From: Geosiphon pyriformis uo1
Taxonomy: Eukaryota > Fungi > Glomeromycota
Direction: 5' to 3'
DNA length: 64,000 nt
Assembly: GCA_016748015.1 (NCBI GenBank)
Contig: JAAOMT010000193.1
Coordinates: forward strand, 350,042-414,041
The notes beneath the pieces are model-generated. The model made no database searches. It saw nothing but the letters and a program-made list of their open reading frames with translations, and was not told the DNA's origin. The translations under genes and the position numbers were made by a program. Of the stretch, positions 38,030 through 51,300 are shown piece by piece. Numbering within the stretch: position 1 is the first letter of the stretch; each line of letters starts with the position of its first letter.

Positions 38030-39601
38030 AATTTGTTTAAAATAGTACAACTTTAATTTTTGAAGTTCTGATTAAATTGACGAAATCAGTAAGCACTTAC
38101 TTAAATTCTTTGAATATTTTAAACTAAGAAATTTTTGTAGGCAAAACACTGTTAATGTCGAACGTGAATTAGAACACGCTAAGACCGATAGGAGATGCGT
38201 GAAGCTAGAACCTTAGAGGAAAAAAGTGGACGAACATTGATGAAAAGGAGGCATGGATAGAAGAGAAGGAAGAGCTGGAAGAAGCAAAGGATTTAAAAAA
38301 GAGTAAAAATAGATGGGAGTTGCAGATGCAGAAACTCCAAAATAGTTGACAGAAAAACAGACAGATGACTTGAGCATTGGGGAAATGGAGTAGAGTAAAA
38401 ACTATGTATCCATTTTATTACTACTATGTTTCATTCATTTGACTAACTTGTGCTTATTCACGTCTGCCTCTTGCTTCCAAAATTCCTTTGCATTTTGGGA
38501 CATAGAGTAATGTGTACATGGCATAGAGTAGACATCATAATATGGTTTTCTTGCATTATGAATTTGTTGGTACAATAGACGAATCAATAACCCTCTCGAC
38601 CGTCCTTGTAAACGCATCCTGGATGTCTTGGTTGCTATCGGCGATTATTGAAGGTACGCCTGTCACATTCCCTGCCACTCTCGGATTGGATGACCTGCAG
38701 ATGAATTTAATATAGTGAACACGTTTCTTCTCAAAAGTTCCAATCATGACCTTCCTATTACTATCACGAGTCGATGGCAGTTTGCCGTTCCACTCGTGTC
38801 CCCTTACCTGCTTCGGTAATCAATCCTGACCGCTTGAGCTTTGTCGAGATATCCCACTGGACAGAGTCTTACTCATCCAAAAAAAAAGGTTGACTGGAGG
38901 TCGATTTCGTGGAAGGAAACTGAGCTCATCATCGGTTGGTCGCCAGCCGTATTTTTGATCGCAGATCAGCAACTCGAAGAGACGAGATAACGAAGCAATT
39001 GAGACGGCTCACCATAACAGAGCGGCGATGGTTCCGAACGAGTAACAATGTACGTCAAACAAGGCCAGGATGTCCACCAGTTGAACTAAAAACTGCCTTC
39101 TGGGATAGTAATGGGAAGGCCATGATTGGAACTTTTGAGAAGAAACGTGTTCACCATTATATTAAATTCATCCGCAGGTGGCATAGAATGTGATAGGCGT
39201 ACCTTCAATAATCGCCGATAGCAAACAAGATATCCAGGATGCGATTACAAGAACGGTCGAGAGCCATTTCCTCAATGTCCGAGTCACGAAGTACCTGCCT
39301 ATTTTTCTGTCAACGCAATTTGTAGTTTCTGCATCTGCAACCCCCACCTATTTTTACTCTTCTTTAGATCCTTCACTTCTTTTCCCATCTTTTCCTTCTC
39401 TTCTATCACCAATTCTTTTCTCTCAAATTCTTCTTCCTATACTCGGTCTTAGTGTAATAGTGTTTGTAACACACATAACTTTCTTTTCTTGTACAACTAA
39501 ATTGTAATATATTAAATCACTAATGACACGTGACCAACCACACGAATTTACATCTATTTTGCTTATAAAGTAATTTAAAGTTGTACTATTTTAAACAAAT
39601 T
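38030..39601. repeat. CpG-rich fold-back: imperfect long inverted repeat bounded by a perfect 27-bp IR
   Basis: 38030-38056 is the reverse complement of 39575-39601; 38176-38388 pairs with 39264-39455; 38593-38782 pairs with 39089-39263; loop at about 38783-39088. Confidence 0.92.
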
Positions 39602-40560
39602 CACTGATATTTATTTCATTTAGCATTTAAAAAATACATTCTTTTTGAACTTTAATAAAATTTTTAATTTAACAAAATTATTAATAATTTTATTTAATTA
39701 ATAATCTAATTTATATAATAAACAAATATAATTAAATTTACAAAAGGCTTAAGTATTCTTAATTTACAAAAAACAAATCTAAATGTAAGGTTTTTTGCAA
39801 TCTTGTGATTCAAAAAACTGTTTTAAATAAGCAGTTGGTTTATTTAATAATAGTAGTTTTGGTTTTGATTGTCTATTATTATACATAATTTAGTTTTATA
39901 ATTAATAAATTTTTAATAAAATAAAATAATTTAGTTTATAGATGTTTTAAGTTAAAATTAACTTACTTAGAAATTTTTTAATTGTTTTTTGGTAAGTATA
40001 ATAAAATTATTTAAAAAGTTTAAGATTATTATAAATAATATTAAAAGTAATTTATTTTTTACAACTTAAATAATAAGATATATAATATATTATTATTTAT
40101 TTTAATTAAAACTATAATAATTGTTTTAGTTTTAAAATATATTTTTGTATAATAATTATATAATATTTTTATAAATAGTTTTATTATAATTAATATTTAA
40201 TATTTTAACAAATTTAATATGTTTAATTTTAAAATAATTATTAAAAAAAATATAAAATAAATAATATTATTTAATATAAAATATTTTTTATAAATTTAAT
40301 TAAAATTAAAATATATTTTAATATTTTAAACAATAAAATAATAAATTATATAATTAATATAACTTGTTTTTTAAATTATATTTTACTTTATAAAATTTTA
40401 TATTGTTTTTTTATAAGCACTATAATATAATTACTTTTAATAATATTTGATATTTTGTGTAAAATTTATGTAAAATTTTTAATTATATTAAATAAAAAAT
40501 TAAATTTGTTAAAAATATTTTAAATAAAAATTTGGTTTTTTTATTATTAATATTTTACAA
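39602..40560. other. Extremely AT-rich low-complexity tract
   Basis: Very few G/C by eye; no credible ORF. Confidence 0.7.
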
Positions 40561-41049
40561 ATGAAATTCAACTGCTATCTAATATATAAAACCAAATTAA
40601 GTGACTTAAATAAATACAGTTTATGCTTTTACTATATATAGTCAATTACTTAGACCAGATAAAATAACACTAAATATCTATATTAATATATGTAACTCCA
40701 CTTAAACCAGAAAAAAAAAGCACAGTTTATATCTATTAAAACTAATTACAAAAGATTTACTATATCAAGGAATTAAACTATCTTATTTGATAATATAAAT
40801 ACTATACTACAAAATAAATTTGAAATTAAATTACTATTTTTGACCAATTTAGCTTTTTCTATATTTACTTTATATTTAAATTTCATAAGTCATATCTTAA
40901 TACAATACAATTTTACTAAATGTTCTACATATTCAACAATAATAGAAACAGCTTTTATCTTTTTATTAAAAATTATGACAGTATTTTTATACTAGTTTTT
41001 TAACACAAATCTTTTGTAAATTGCCATATATAACTTTATATTTAATAAA

Positions 41050-41829
41050 TATTAAGATAGAAATATTGTTGTAATACTATAAAATAAATCAGAAAAAACA
41101 TATATTATTGAACTCAATAAAAAGATAATACAGATAATATTTCTATTTTTGATTAAAATAGTTCAATTAATATTAATAAAAACAAAAAAAAATTAAAAAT
41201 AATAATATGAAGAATAAATAGGTTTAAATTAACAAAAAAAATAGAGTTAATAATTAATATAGCAAAAAAAAATCATTAATCAGGAATAAATTATCTCTAT
41301 CTATTAATTGATTTTTATTCTATTTTATAACTAATATATATTAACTATATATAAAAAAGTAAAAAATCAACTCCAATTGTTTAAAGTAGAACCTATTATT
41401 TGCAAATCAGAAAAAATTGCAATTATTAATCTGTATCTGCCAGCCAAAAACCATAAACATATTAGGATTTTAATTTACAATATTATCAAAGATCTAATAA
41501 AATTACTAATTAGAATTATTATTAAATACTTAAATATTAAAGTTGAAAATCAACTAATCACTATTTTAGATTTTTTACAACTTTGTAAATATGTAAACAT
41601 TATATTACAGATCATTTATAAACAAGAAAAATACTATTTGTTATAATCAAAACAATTGAAGCAAATAAACTTAGAAAATTTAGATTCACTATAACATATG
41701 CAAATTAAGTTGCTATTTAACAATTTTATTAATATTTTTACAAGTAAAAATAAATTTGGCAAAACTGATATTATCTAATACCAGATTAAAATTAAAGATA
41801 CAATACTAATTAAACAAAAACCATACTGA
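41050..41829 (+). mobile_element. Fragment H: older B/E-family Gypsy pol fragment (dUTPase C-terminal half to RT start), interrupted by D
   Basis: Decayed SEKTYIIELNKKIIQIIF (dUTPase motif 4 region); ORF 41377-41646 matches B/E; ends at IKQKPY directly at D's LTR. Confidence 0.8.
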
Positions 41830-42657
41830 TGTTACTCATAAATAAAACATATAAAAGAAAATAGTAAAAAAACAGATAGACCAATAGAAAAGTAGTTAAT
41901 ATGTAAGCACATTGCTCAGCAATGTAGAGAAATATCAAAAATTATAATATATTGATTAACAATATAGAGCAATATTAGAAAATTAAGACATATTGCTCAA
42001 AAAATTATAACATATTACTTGGCAATATAAACAATCTTATAAAACCTAAATTATGTATATATAGCAAAAGCATTAAAAGCAGAAAAAAGAGAAAAATTAC
42101 CAATACTTCTTTATTGCCACATCTCTATTAGAATTATCAATATCAATAAATAATTATTCACTATTTAAATCACTTTCTTCACTATTAGCACTTCATGTTG
42201 ATAGTATTGAATACTTGAACACACTGAAACAATAGCTCTTGATCATGACTATTAACAAGATACTAACTTTATTGTCTTAACTTATATTTTATTTTCTTTA
42301 AATTTTTTTTTGTATTTTATTTTTTGTTGTTTACTAATTGATTAAGGATTAAGCATTGAGTTATTGATATCAAAAATTGCTTGGTAAAAGACTTCTGCAA
42401 GAGAGTAGATACTTGAATTTAAGGATTACTTATCAGAAAATTACTGGCCACTATGCTGAAAAAGAAATTTGATGGAATTACAATTCTGAAAAACTACTGA
42501 TAAAACAATCATTAAATCTCTGTTTATTATACAAAGAACTCTAACCCAAAACCTTCAGATAACCAAAACCTTTATATATTATCAACCATATTAGTTATTG
42601 AATACCAAGTAATGGATTTGTTATTTAATTTAAGACTCCAAATAATCACTTGTAATA
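41830..42657 (+). repeat. Element D 5' LTR
   Basis: TGTTACTCATA start; R-U5 homologous to B/E/F LTRs; ends TGTAATA followed by the PBS. Confidence 0.9.
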
Positions 42658-45343
42658 TTTGGTGCTTTTTGTGAGATATAATCTTACAGAAAACTAGCAT
42701 CAATAACAATTATTCAAAAGTAACAGAATTAGAAAAAAGAAGAACAAACCATCTAAGATTCACCAAATTTTTATTTCAACATTACTGTCAACACTTAGGA
42801 TTAACTAACAACCAACTATTAGCAAAATCAGCCTTTAATTTCTATGTCAATGAGAAAATTTTATATTTGCTAAGAGTACCAGTAGAAACTGACTTAGGAA
42901 GAGAAAATTTCTACAATAAAATAATTCAAAATACCAGCCTATTAGTAAATTATAATTTCAAGGCAATTTTTATTGAAATCAATAGAAAAATTGAAAATCA
43001 CACTTAGCAAAAATACCCAATCACCTATGTAAACATAGACAAAAGAAAACTACAAACACCAGCAGTAATATTTTAAAGAATACAACCACTTACTTGAAAG
43101 AAAACAAAAGTAGAATTACCAACCAACTTATTATATTACTATATACTTGGAAGCACTATCAACATTTTATCACCAGATACATTCACTTCAAATGCAAAAC
43201 CACAATTAGTCTAACTCTTATTTCAAAGTAAACAAAAGAAAGCAGAGTTATTAGGAATCTATAGCAATTATTTTGAAAGATTTAAATCACAATTACTGAC
43301 ACCATCAGAATTTTGATCCTTACCACCTTAACCAGATTTCAGAATCACCAGTTCTTGAAAAAGAACCAATTCAGAAGAAAAGGAGGAGGAAAATCAAGAA
43401 TTTAATTACCAAGACCCAATCTCAGAAAACCTGGAAAATCAAACTCTAATTGATCAAACTCAACAAAATCAAAACAATCCAAACCCTGACATTGTTAATC
43501 AGCAAAACTTACTTCTAGAACTTGTAATAGATCTATCACCAGTTGCTGCATCACTACAACAGCCAATACAATACCAGCAACAATTACAACAGCCATCCCA
43601 ACAACTATTAATTGTACCAATAGCATTTGCTCTAATTGTCAAACTTGAGAAATTTACTGGCAAAGAGAACAATGCTCAAATATGGCTTAACAATATAAGA
43701 AAAATCATTGCAATTAATGAATAAAACAATACTAGAGCCCTTCAAGCCATTCCATATTTCTTACAGGATACTACCAATTCCTGGTATTAGAGTTTAGTTT
43801 AGAAATCTCAAACTTTTAATGCATTCAAATAAGAATTCCTAAGATATTTTAGCAACAATAATAGTATCAACTGCCTAACCAATACATTTATCATTATTAA
43901 ACAAGGAGATACCAAAGCAATCACTACTTACTTGGGAGGCTTTCACAAGAATCTACACCAAATTCAGATAATACAAGTTGATTATTTTACAGTGCCACAA
44001 ATCTTGAATCAATTTATCAAAGGCCTACACAGTAGTATCCTCTAATATATATGTTTATTGCATCCAGCAAATCTTTAAGCCACAGTTACAAACACCTGAG
44101 ATTTTGAGACAGCTAAATTAGAAGCCAATTATGCCCAAGCTGTAAATTTAGTAATGAATGGATTATCTGACTTGAATTCTAAACTAAAACAATTCAGTAA
44201 TTCAATCAATCAAAAACTTAAAGGATACTTAGCTAACAATCCAGCAATTTATCAATTTTCACAACAACAAAATAATCAAGAAAATACAAATTACTCCCAA
44301 AATCAGATGTGTTCAGTATTATCAAGTGATCAATTATGGCAACAAAATATGCATGTTTACTACAATTGTGGTAAACAAAGTCATATCTGGACTAACTGCT
44401 AAGTTTATAATAATAATTCACAATCAGGAAATCAGTATTAAAATTCTAATTGTCTGTTTTTAATTCCAAAATATCAATCAAACTTAGAATTATACCAACT
44501 GAATTACTTACTAATAACACAACAGCCAATATACACACCTCTAATTTATCATCCATCAAATCCCATAATTTATTAACCACTGTAGCCATAAATAATTTAT
44601 TAAAACTCATTAATTCAAACACCATTATTAAACTCAGCTCATTTGACATCAAAAAATCAAATACCAAAAGTCACTTATTCTCAACAAAACTGGAGATTAG
44701 TGATAGTTATGCATCAACTAATCTCCAGTTTATTAAACCAACCATCAGGATCTTGTCAGTAGAGCTCGGGAATTGAGTACACCCAAAACCTGAATTTTCA
44801 GAACTATTTAAGTCTACTGGTTACCCCAAAAGACACCTTATTCAACAATCTAGAATGCATTCTAAAACAAATAATTAACAGCAATATATTTCTAGTCACT
44901 ATTACCAATGACAAATTATTAGCAGCAATTTTTTTCTTTGAAATTGAGGAACCAACTGAAGTACCTCTTTTTAATAAAGCTGCCCTTAATATAAAACTCA
45001 TTACCATAATGTACACTAATGCCAAAGCTAATGGTCAGTCTATCAAGCTGATTCTTGATAGTGGATCAGCAAGCAACATAATTACATGACAACTCATAGA
45101 GCAATTAGGTCACTGAGTTGATCATACTGCCAGTGCCCAAATTATTATAGCTGATGGAGCAACCAAAACTTTTATTGGTGAAATTAATGACTTTCCTTTT
45201 GAAGTTAATGGCATAATTATACCTATTAAAGTCTTAATTATGGAAGCCATTCAATACCAAACTCTTATTGGTAATAACTGGCTGACTAAAGCAAATGCTG
45301 TACTTAATTGAACCACCCAAAAATTGCAATTCAGCCAGAATAG

Positions 45344-46220
45344 TGTTACAGATGATTATTTGGGATTTCAAAGCAAATAACAAACCTATAATTTGGTACT
45401 CAATTGATATACTGATGGTGGTTTTTGAAGATTGTTTGTATTTGAAGGTTTCCATGATCTGAAGATTTTGGTTGAGTCTTTTGTATAATGGATAAAGATC
45501 CAAGTGTTGTTTTATCTGTCATTTCTTGGAATCACAATTCCATCAAATTTCTTTTTCAGCATAATGGCTGGTAATCTTTCTGGTAAGCTATTCTTAAATT
45601 TATGAGTTCTCTACCCTTATTTTACAGGTTTTTTACCAGTCCCTATAATGTCTATAACTCAGCATTTTTTAATCCTTAGTCAATTAGTAAAACAAAAAGA
45701 AATATCAAAAGAAAATAAAAAAAAATAAAAATAAAAAAAAATAAAAAAATAAGCCAAGACAATAGATGTTAGTATTCCATCAATAGTCACAATCAAGAGC
45801 TATTGTTCCAGTGTGATTAAGTATCAGTTACTATTAATATGAAGCATTAATAGTGGAGAATAGATTGAGATAGTGAATAATTATTTATTGATATTTGTGA
45901 ATGAAAAAGTTGCTTAGATCAAATCTAAACTGAAAGGTCTGTCTTTTCTACTTTTAACACTACTGCTATATATACATAATTGAGATTTCTCAATTCCTCA
46001 ATTTTTCACACCAGGAATCCTAAAATTTCTGGAATTCTGCAATTCTTTTTGAGAGAAATCTTGAAATTTTGGAATCTTGTGATTCCTTGTATAAGAATTC
46101 TGAAATTTCTGGAATCTTGCAATTCTCTTTAAGAGGAATTTTGAAATTCCATATTTACTACAGCTACTTCTGTTTGGCTAATTTATATGCTAATATACTT
46201 CCTATATTTTATAAATAACA
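45344..46220 (-). repeat. Element E 3' LTR
   Basis: Matches 54514-55380. Confidence 0.95.
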
Positions 46221-46221
46221 T

Positions 46222-46864
46222 TATTCCCTTCTTTTTAATATTGAGCTTTGTTGAGATTTCTTAATTCTAATTCTCCATTTTTGAGTATTTTTTGAACTTT
46301 TTTTTCGAAAATTACTTGTGTTATCTTGTTCTGTAATTCTTTAAATTGGGCATTGATTATTTTTTCTATTTGGTTAACAGTAATAAAATTCATTGCTAGA
46401 TTAAGTAAAATTTCAGGTTGGTCTTGGAATCCAATTTGTAATTAATAGATGACTTATGCTTGTGTGGCTAGATTGTTCTTCTTCACAAATTGTTCAAGTT
46501 GTTGTAATATCTTTGGATCAAATAATTGTTTTGTCTTATTCATATATAAGTTTCGAATATTTAAATGTTGTTCCAAGTAGAAATAACAAAAGTTTCTTAG
46601 AAATTATTGTATTTACCACTTCCAAGTTTCTTTAGTCACTTTTTGATATGAAGTGACACTTGTTGGCTCTTCTATTGCTAATTTTACTTTTAGAATTATT
46701 TTGTCAATGGTGCTTTCTGGTTTTTTCTGTACTTTGTATTGGCATATTTTTCTGGTATTTTAGTATTGAATGGTTTGTTGATTGATAGTAATTTCTATAT
46801 TCTGTTGTTAAATCGGTTGGAAGAGTTGTTGTGTCAGTATGTGTATGTTGTCAGTAATTTCCAT
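46222..46864 (-). pseudogene. Element E ORF3, decayed
   Basis: ATG at 46864 (MEITDNIHILTQQLF)...RNFCYFYLEQHL...ITVNQIEKIINAQFKELQ. Confidence 0.7.
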
Positions 46865-46939
46865 TTTTTTTTGTTGTCTTTGTTGGATATATCATGTTTT
46901 TTTATACTCTTTTGGTTATTTAATTTGATGTGTTTGGTT

Positions 46940-48302
46940 TGATGATTATGATTGGTTCCAAATCTCATGGAATTTTATCTGGTTGGACTAGTATTCTTTG
47001 TACTTCTAATTGTGGAATATGACTGGTAGATGATAACACTATATGGTAATATAGTTTTAATTAATTACTATGTGCTACTTTGGTTAAGATTTTGTTGTTC
47101 AACTTTAATTTATAAGCTCTATTTCCTAGAATTTTTTCTATGTAAAATGGTCCATTCTATTTGAGATCAAATTTTTCATTCCATTGTTTTTTCACTTTGG
47201 TATAATATAAAAGTACTTTGTTTTCAATCTTGAATTCAACTGGTTTATTTGGTAGTTGGTTATTGTGTCTTTCTTTTTGTTTTTTTTGTGACTTTTGGAT
47301 GTTATCAGCTGCTTTTTACTATTTGTTTTCTAGTGTTTCTATTAAGTCATATGTTTTTTTTAACAATGTTTTTTGGAAATTCTCTTCTGTTATTGGTTCT
47401 GTTAAATATGTTTTGACTTTTATCTTAACTGGTAATATTGCTGTTCTACTATATACTAATTTAAATAGTGTTGCTTGTGTAATGTCTTGCTTCATTGTCC
47501 TGTAAGCAAATAATATTAATGATATGAACAAATCTCATTTGTTCTGGTTTTTTTGGCTGATCTTGGCAATTGCTTTACACAATGTTCTGTTAAATTTTTC
47601 AACTAACCCATTTGTTTGTGGATAGTATGGTAATGATAATAGTCTTTTTATCCCAAATCTTTGACTTAATTCTGTCAATGTTCTATTTACAAAGTGAGTT
47701 TCTTGATTTGATAATAGTTCTTTTGGACATCTGTATTAACAGATCAAATCTTAATAAATAAATTTGGCAACAAATTCTGCATCTGCTCTTTGAATGGCTT
47801 TTGCTTCTAACCATTTTGTGAGATAATTCATGACTATTGCAATATATCTGTTGCTTCTGTTGGTGATTGTTAATGGTTTGATTAAGTCAATTCCAATGTG
47901 ATTGAATGGTTGTCTTATTTTGATTGGTCTTAATAATTCATTGGGTTTTGTTCCTTCTCTCCTTTGACAAGCATTACAATTTTTAATATATTGGATGATA
48001 TCTGGATATATTGATGGCTAATAGTATTTTTTTCTAATTTTTTCTATGGTTGCTTCTTTATGAAAATGTTCTGCTGTTGGATTTGAATACATGTTGAATA
48101 ATATTGTCTCTTTTTCTGATTCTGTAATTACTCTTGTTGATTGATCTGGATTTTTTTTGTTTTTTTGATAAAGCATATTTTAATAGTTAATAAAATATTT
48201 TGATTGTTGTTTTATGTTGTTTTGTTTTTTTTGAGATAATTTCTCCTTAAACAATTGAGTATTTATATAATGTTAGAGTTGTTAGTATTTTTGTATATTC
48301 AT
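46940..48302 (-). pseudogene. Element E integrase, separate ORF
   Basis: ATG at 48302 (MNIQKY), 31 nt after RH stop TAA at 48336-48334; rve core and GPF motif remnants. Confidence 0.88.
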
Positions 48303-48333
48303 CTTTTTGTTATATTTTTGGGTTGAAATGTTT

Positions 48334-51300
48334 TTAGATTTGTCTTATTCGCAACAAACCATCAGCATTTCTGTTTTTTTTTCCTTTTTTGTAATGTACT
48401 GTATAATTAAATAGTAAAAGTTTTATTTTCTATCTAGCATGATGATCATCTCCAAATTTTTGCTTCTGAATTAAAGTCAATTCTTTGTGATCAGTATATA
48501 TATTAAACTTTTGACTCAAATATTCTTTCTATTTGATGACAGCCCAATAAATAGCTAAGTATTCTAGTGCTAAAATTCCATAGTTTTTTTCAGCTGGACT
48601 TAAGCTTCTGCTGGCATAAGCTATTAGGTGTTCTTATCTATTCAGTTTTTTCTGAGATAGTACTACTTCCAATGCTTGACCTAACACATCTGTTGTAATT
48701 ATGAATGGTTTGTTGTGATCTGGATAAATTAATACTGAGACTTGAATAAGCTTTTTTCTCAGTGTTTTGAAAGCTTTTTGTTAAGTTTCAGTTCATTCAT
48801 ATTCGGTGTTCTTTGTTTGGAGTTGGTGTAATAGTTGAGCTATTTTGGAAAAGTCTTTGATAAAATGGCAGTAATATCTTACAAATCCCAAAATGCTTAT
48901 AATTCAGTCAAGTTGATGAGTACTGGAAAGTTCTTGACTATTTCAATTTTGTCTGAATCTGTTTTGATTCCATTTTTGCTTACAACATATCCCAAGAATT
49001 TTAATTTTGTTTTGCCAAAGAAGCATTTGTTGGCATTTAACTTTAGTTCTGCTCTTCTTAGTCTTTCAAATACTTGTTAAAGATGATGCAAATGATCATC
49101 AAATGTCTTAGAGAACACATTGGTGTTATCTAAATACATGACAACTGATTTCTATAGCAGTCTGATATAAACAATTTCCATAAGTCATTGAAATATAGCA
49201 AAAACATTTATCAAACCAAATGGCATAACTTCAAATTTGAAATTTTCTTCTTGAGTTGTAAAAGCCATTTTTTTTTATCTTCTGGTTTTATGACTACTTA
49301 CCAGTAACCACTATCTAAGTCTAATGTTAAGAACTATTTGTTTCCTCCAAAAGCATCAAACAGTTTTTGGATCTTTGGAGTCGGGTAGCTATCTCTTTTT
49401 GTTACTCCATTTAGCTTTTGGTAATCCACACAAAAGTGAATTTTCTCATTTTTCTTACAGACTAATATCACTAATAATGACTATAGACTTATTGATAACT
49501 GAATTAGCCCATTGTCAAACATCCAATTGATTTCTTGACAAATGATTTTATGGCTGACTGGTGGTATTTGGTATGCTCTTTGTTTGATTGGCATCATATC
49601 TCCAGTTTTTATCTTATGCTGGATTATGTTGGCTCTGCCAAATTTGTTTTTACTGGCAAAGATGTTATTGAAATTGTTGAGTAACATTTTAAGCTACATA
49701 TGTTATAGTAAGTTTATATTTCCCAAATTCATCTGTTCTAATTGTTTTGGTTGGAGCAGATAACATTCTTCTTATCTGTATATTGTTTAAGATGTAATAT
49801 CTACATATCTACACAATTGTGGAAAGTCTGGAATAATGTTTGGCAGTTGGTCTTTAATTTCAGTGGTTAAATATCCAAGATGATTCCTTCTGGTATCTTG
49901 ATGATGTTTTTTGTGTTGTTATAAATAGAAATTTTAATGTAACTATAGTTCTTGGCTGGTATGTGTAGATTAACTAATCTGATTTTTCCTGATTCACAAA
50001 GTGTTGCTTCTGCCTTAAAAATTTGGACCTAATCCTTTACTTTTCTTTCTATGATTACCATGTATTGGTTATATGGTGAAATAGAAATTAATTAATGAGT
50101 GGAAATAATTTCTCCTTTGTTAACAATTTTTTTCTCTGCCATATTAATTAGTATATCTATTTTACTTATGGATCCAAAACCCTGTATTTCTTTAGCTGTA
50201 ATTCCTAATTTTTCTCTGTTTCCTACTGATACTAATTGAGCTATTTTGATCAGAGGCAGAAATATTGCCTGTGCTATCTTTTTATTTGGTTCTATAATGT
50301 ATGCTTTTTCTAAGTCATTTTGTAGCATTGCAATAATATTTCCTACATATTCTGCATCAATTATTCCTCCTCTGATGTTGATTCTATTTTTTGCTAAACT
50401 ACTTTTGAATGCTAATTAAACTATTGTTGTTGTTGAGATTTCTAATACTACTTTGAGATCAATGCAGGTGCATAAATGTGGCTTTTATTTAATGGCATTT
50501 TTTTCTAAATATCTCAGATCAAATCTTATATCAGTATCATGTGCACGTTTTGGCATAATATTTTCATCATTATCACTGAATCATTTTAGTTTCTGCTCCT
50601 TGAAGAGATCAGAAAGCACAATATATGTTTTGGGATTTGCATTGGAGTCCAAATCATTGTTATTTTTGTTGCCATATTAAGCAGAACTGGAATCATTGTT
50701 TTCATTGTCATCATTGTCGGAGTTTAAATTGGGATTAAAAGTTGATTCTAATTCTGATGTGCAGCTGTTGATTGGTTTCTTTTTCTCTAGGATCATGTAG
50801 ATCATGCATAGTAGTGAATTGTAAATAAGGTTACACTCATTACAATATTGGAAGTTACAGAGAATCAAACAATAGTCACATAGTTGTGTGTTTATTTCTT
50901 CCAACCATTGCTTTTGTTCTTCTTAAGTGAATGCTAATTCTTGGTAATGCTCATAAAATTGTTCTAGGTCTATAGGCTTTAGGATAGTATCTGAGTTTGG
51001 GCTCTAGTCAAGTTTTATGAATTCTGGTAAGTTGTTTTTGATCATCCTTATTTCTTCTGCTAACACTTCTTTGATTTTGGCAAGTGCTATTAATCAGATT
51101 TTGTCATTGTTGTATAGACAACTGTCCAGATGTTTTACTGCTCTTTTCCAGACAGCTTCTATGAAAGTCCTTTTTCTTATCCAGTTATTGATTAGAATTG
51201 TGTATTGGCACAATTTGTCACAAGTTTTTTCTTATCCAGGAATGTTATTCCATATTTCTTTGTCTAATAGAGTTTCTTCACAAGTAAGACAAGATTTGTT

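Noticed and set aside
38435-39507. Short ORFs in the island (38435-38617, 38556-38747, 38936-39193, 39190-39507) as functional genes
   Set aside because: Frames are not preserved between the two arms and no domain is recognisable; they are likely shadows of the duplicated sequence.
39527-39534. CACGTGAC (CDEI/Cbf1-like) beside AT-rich DNA as a point centromere
   Set aside because: No CDEIII, the 8-mer is a common E-box, and point centromeres are specific to budding yeasts.
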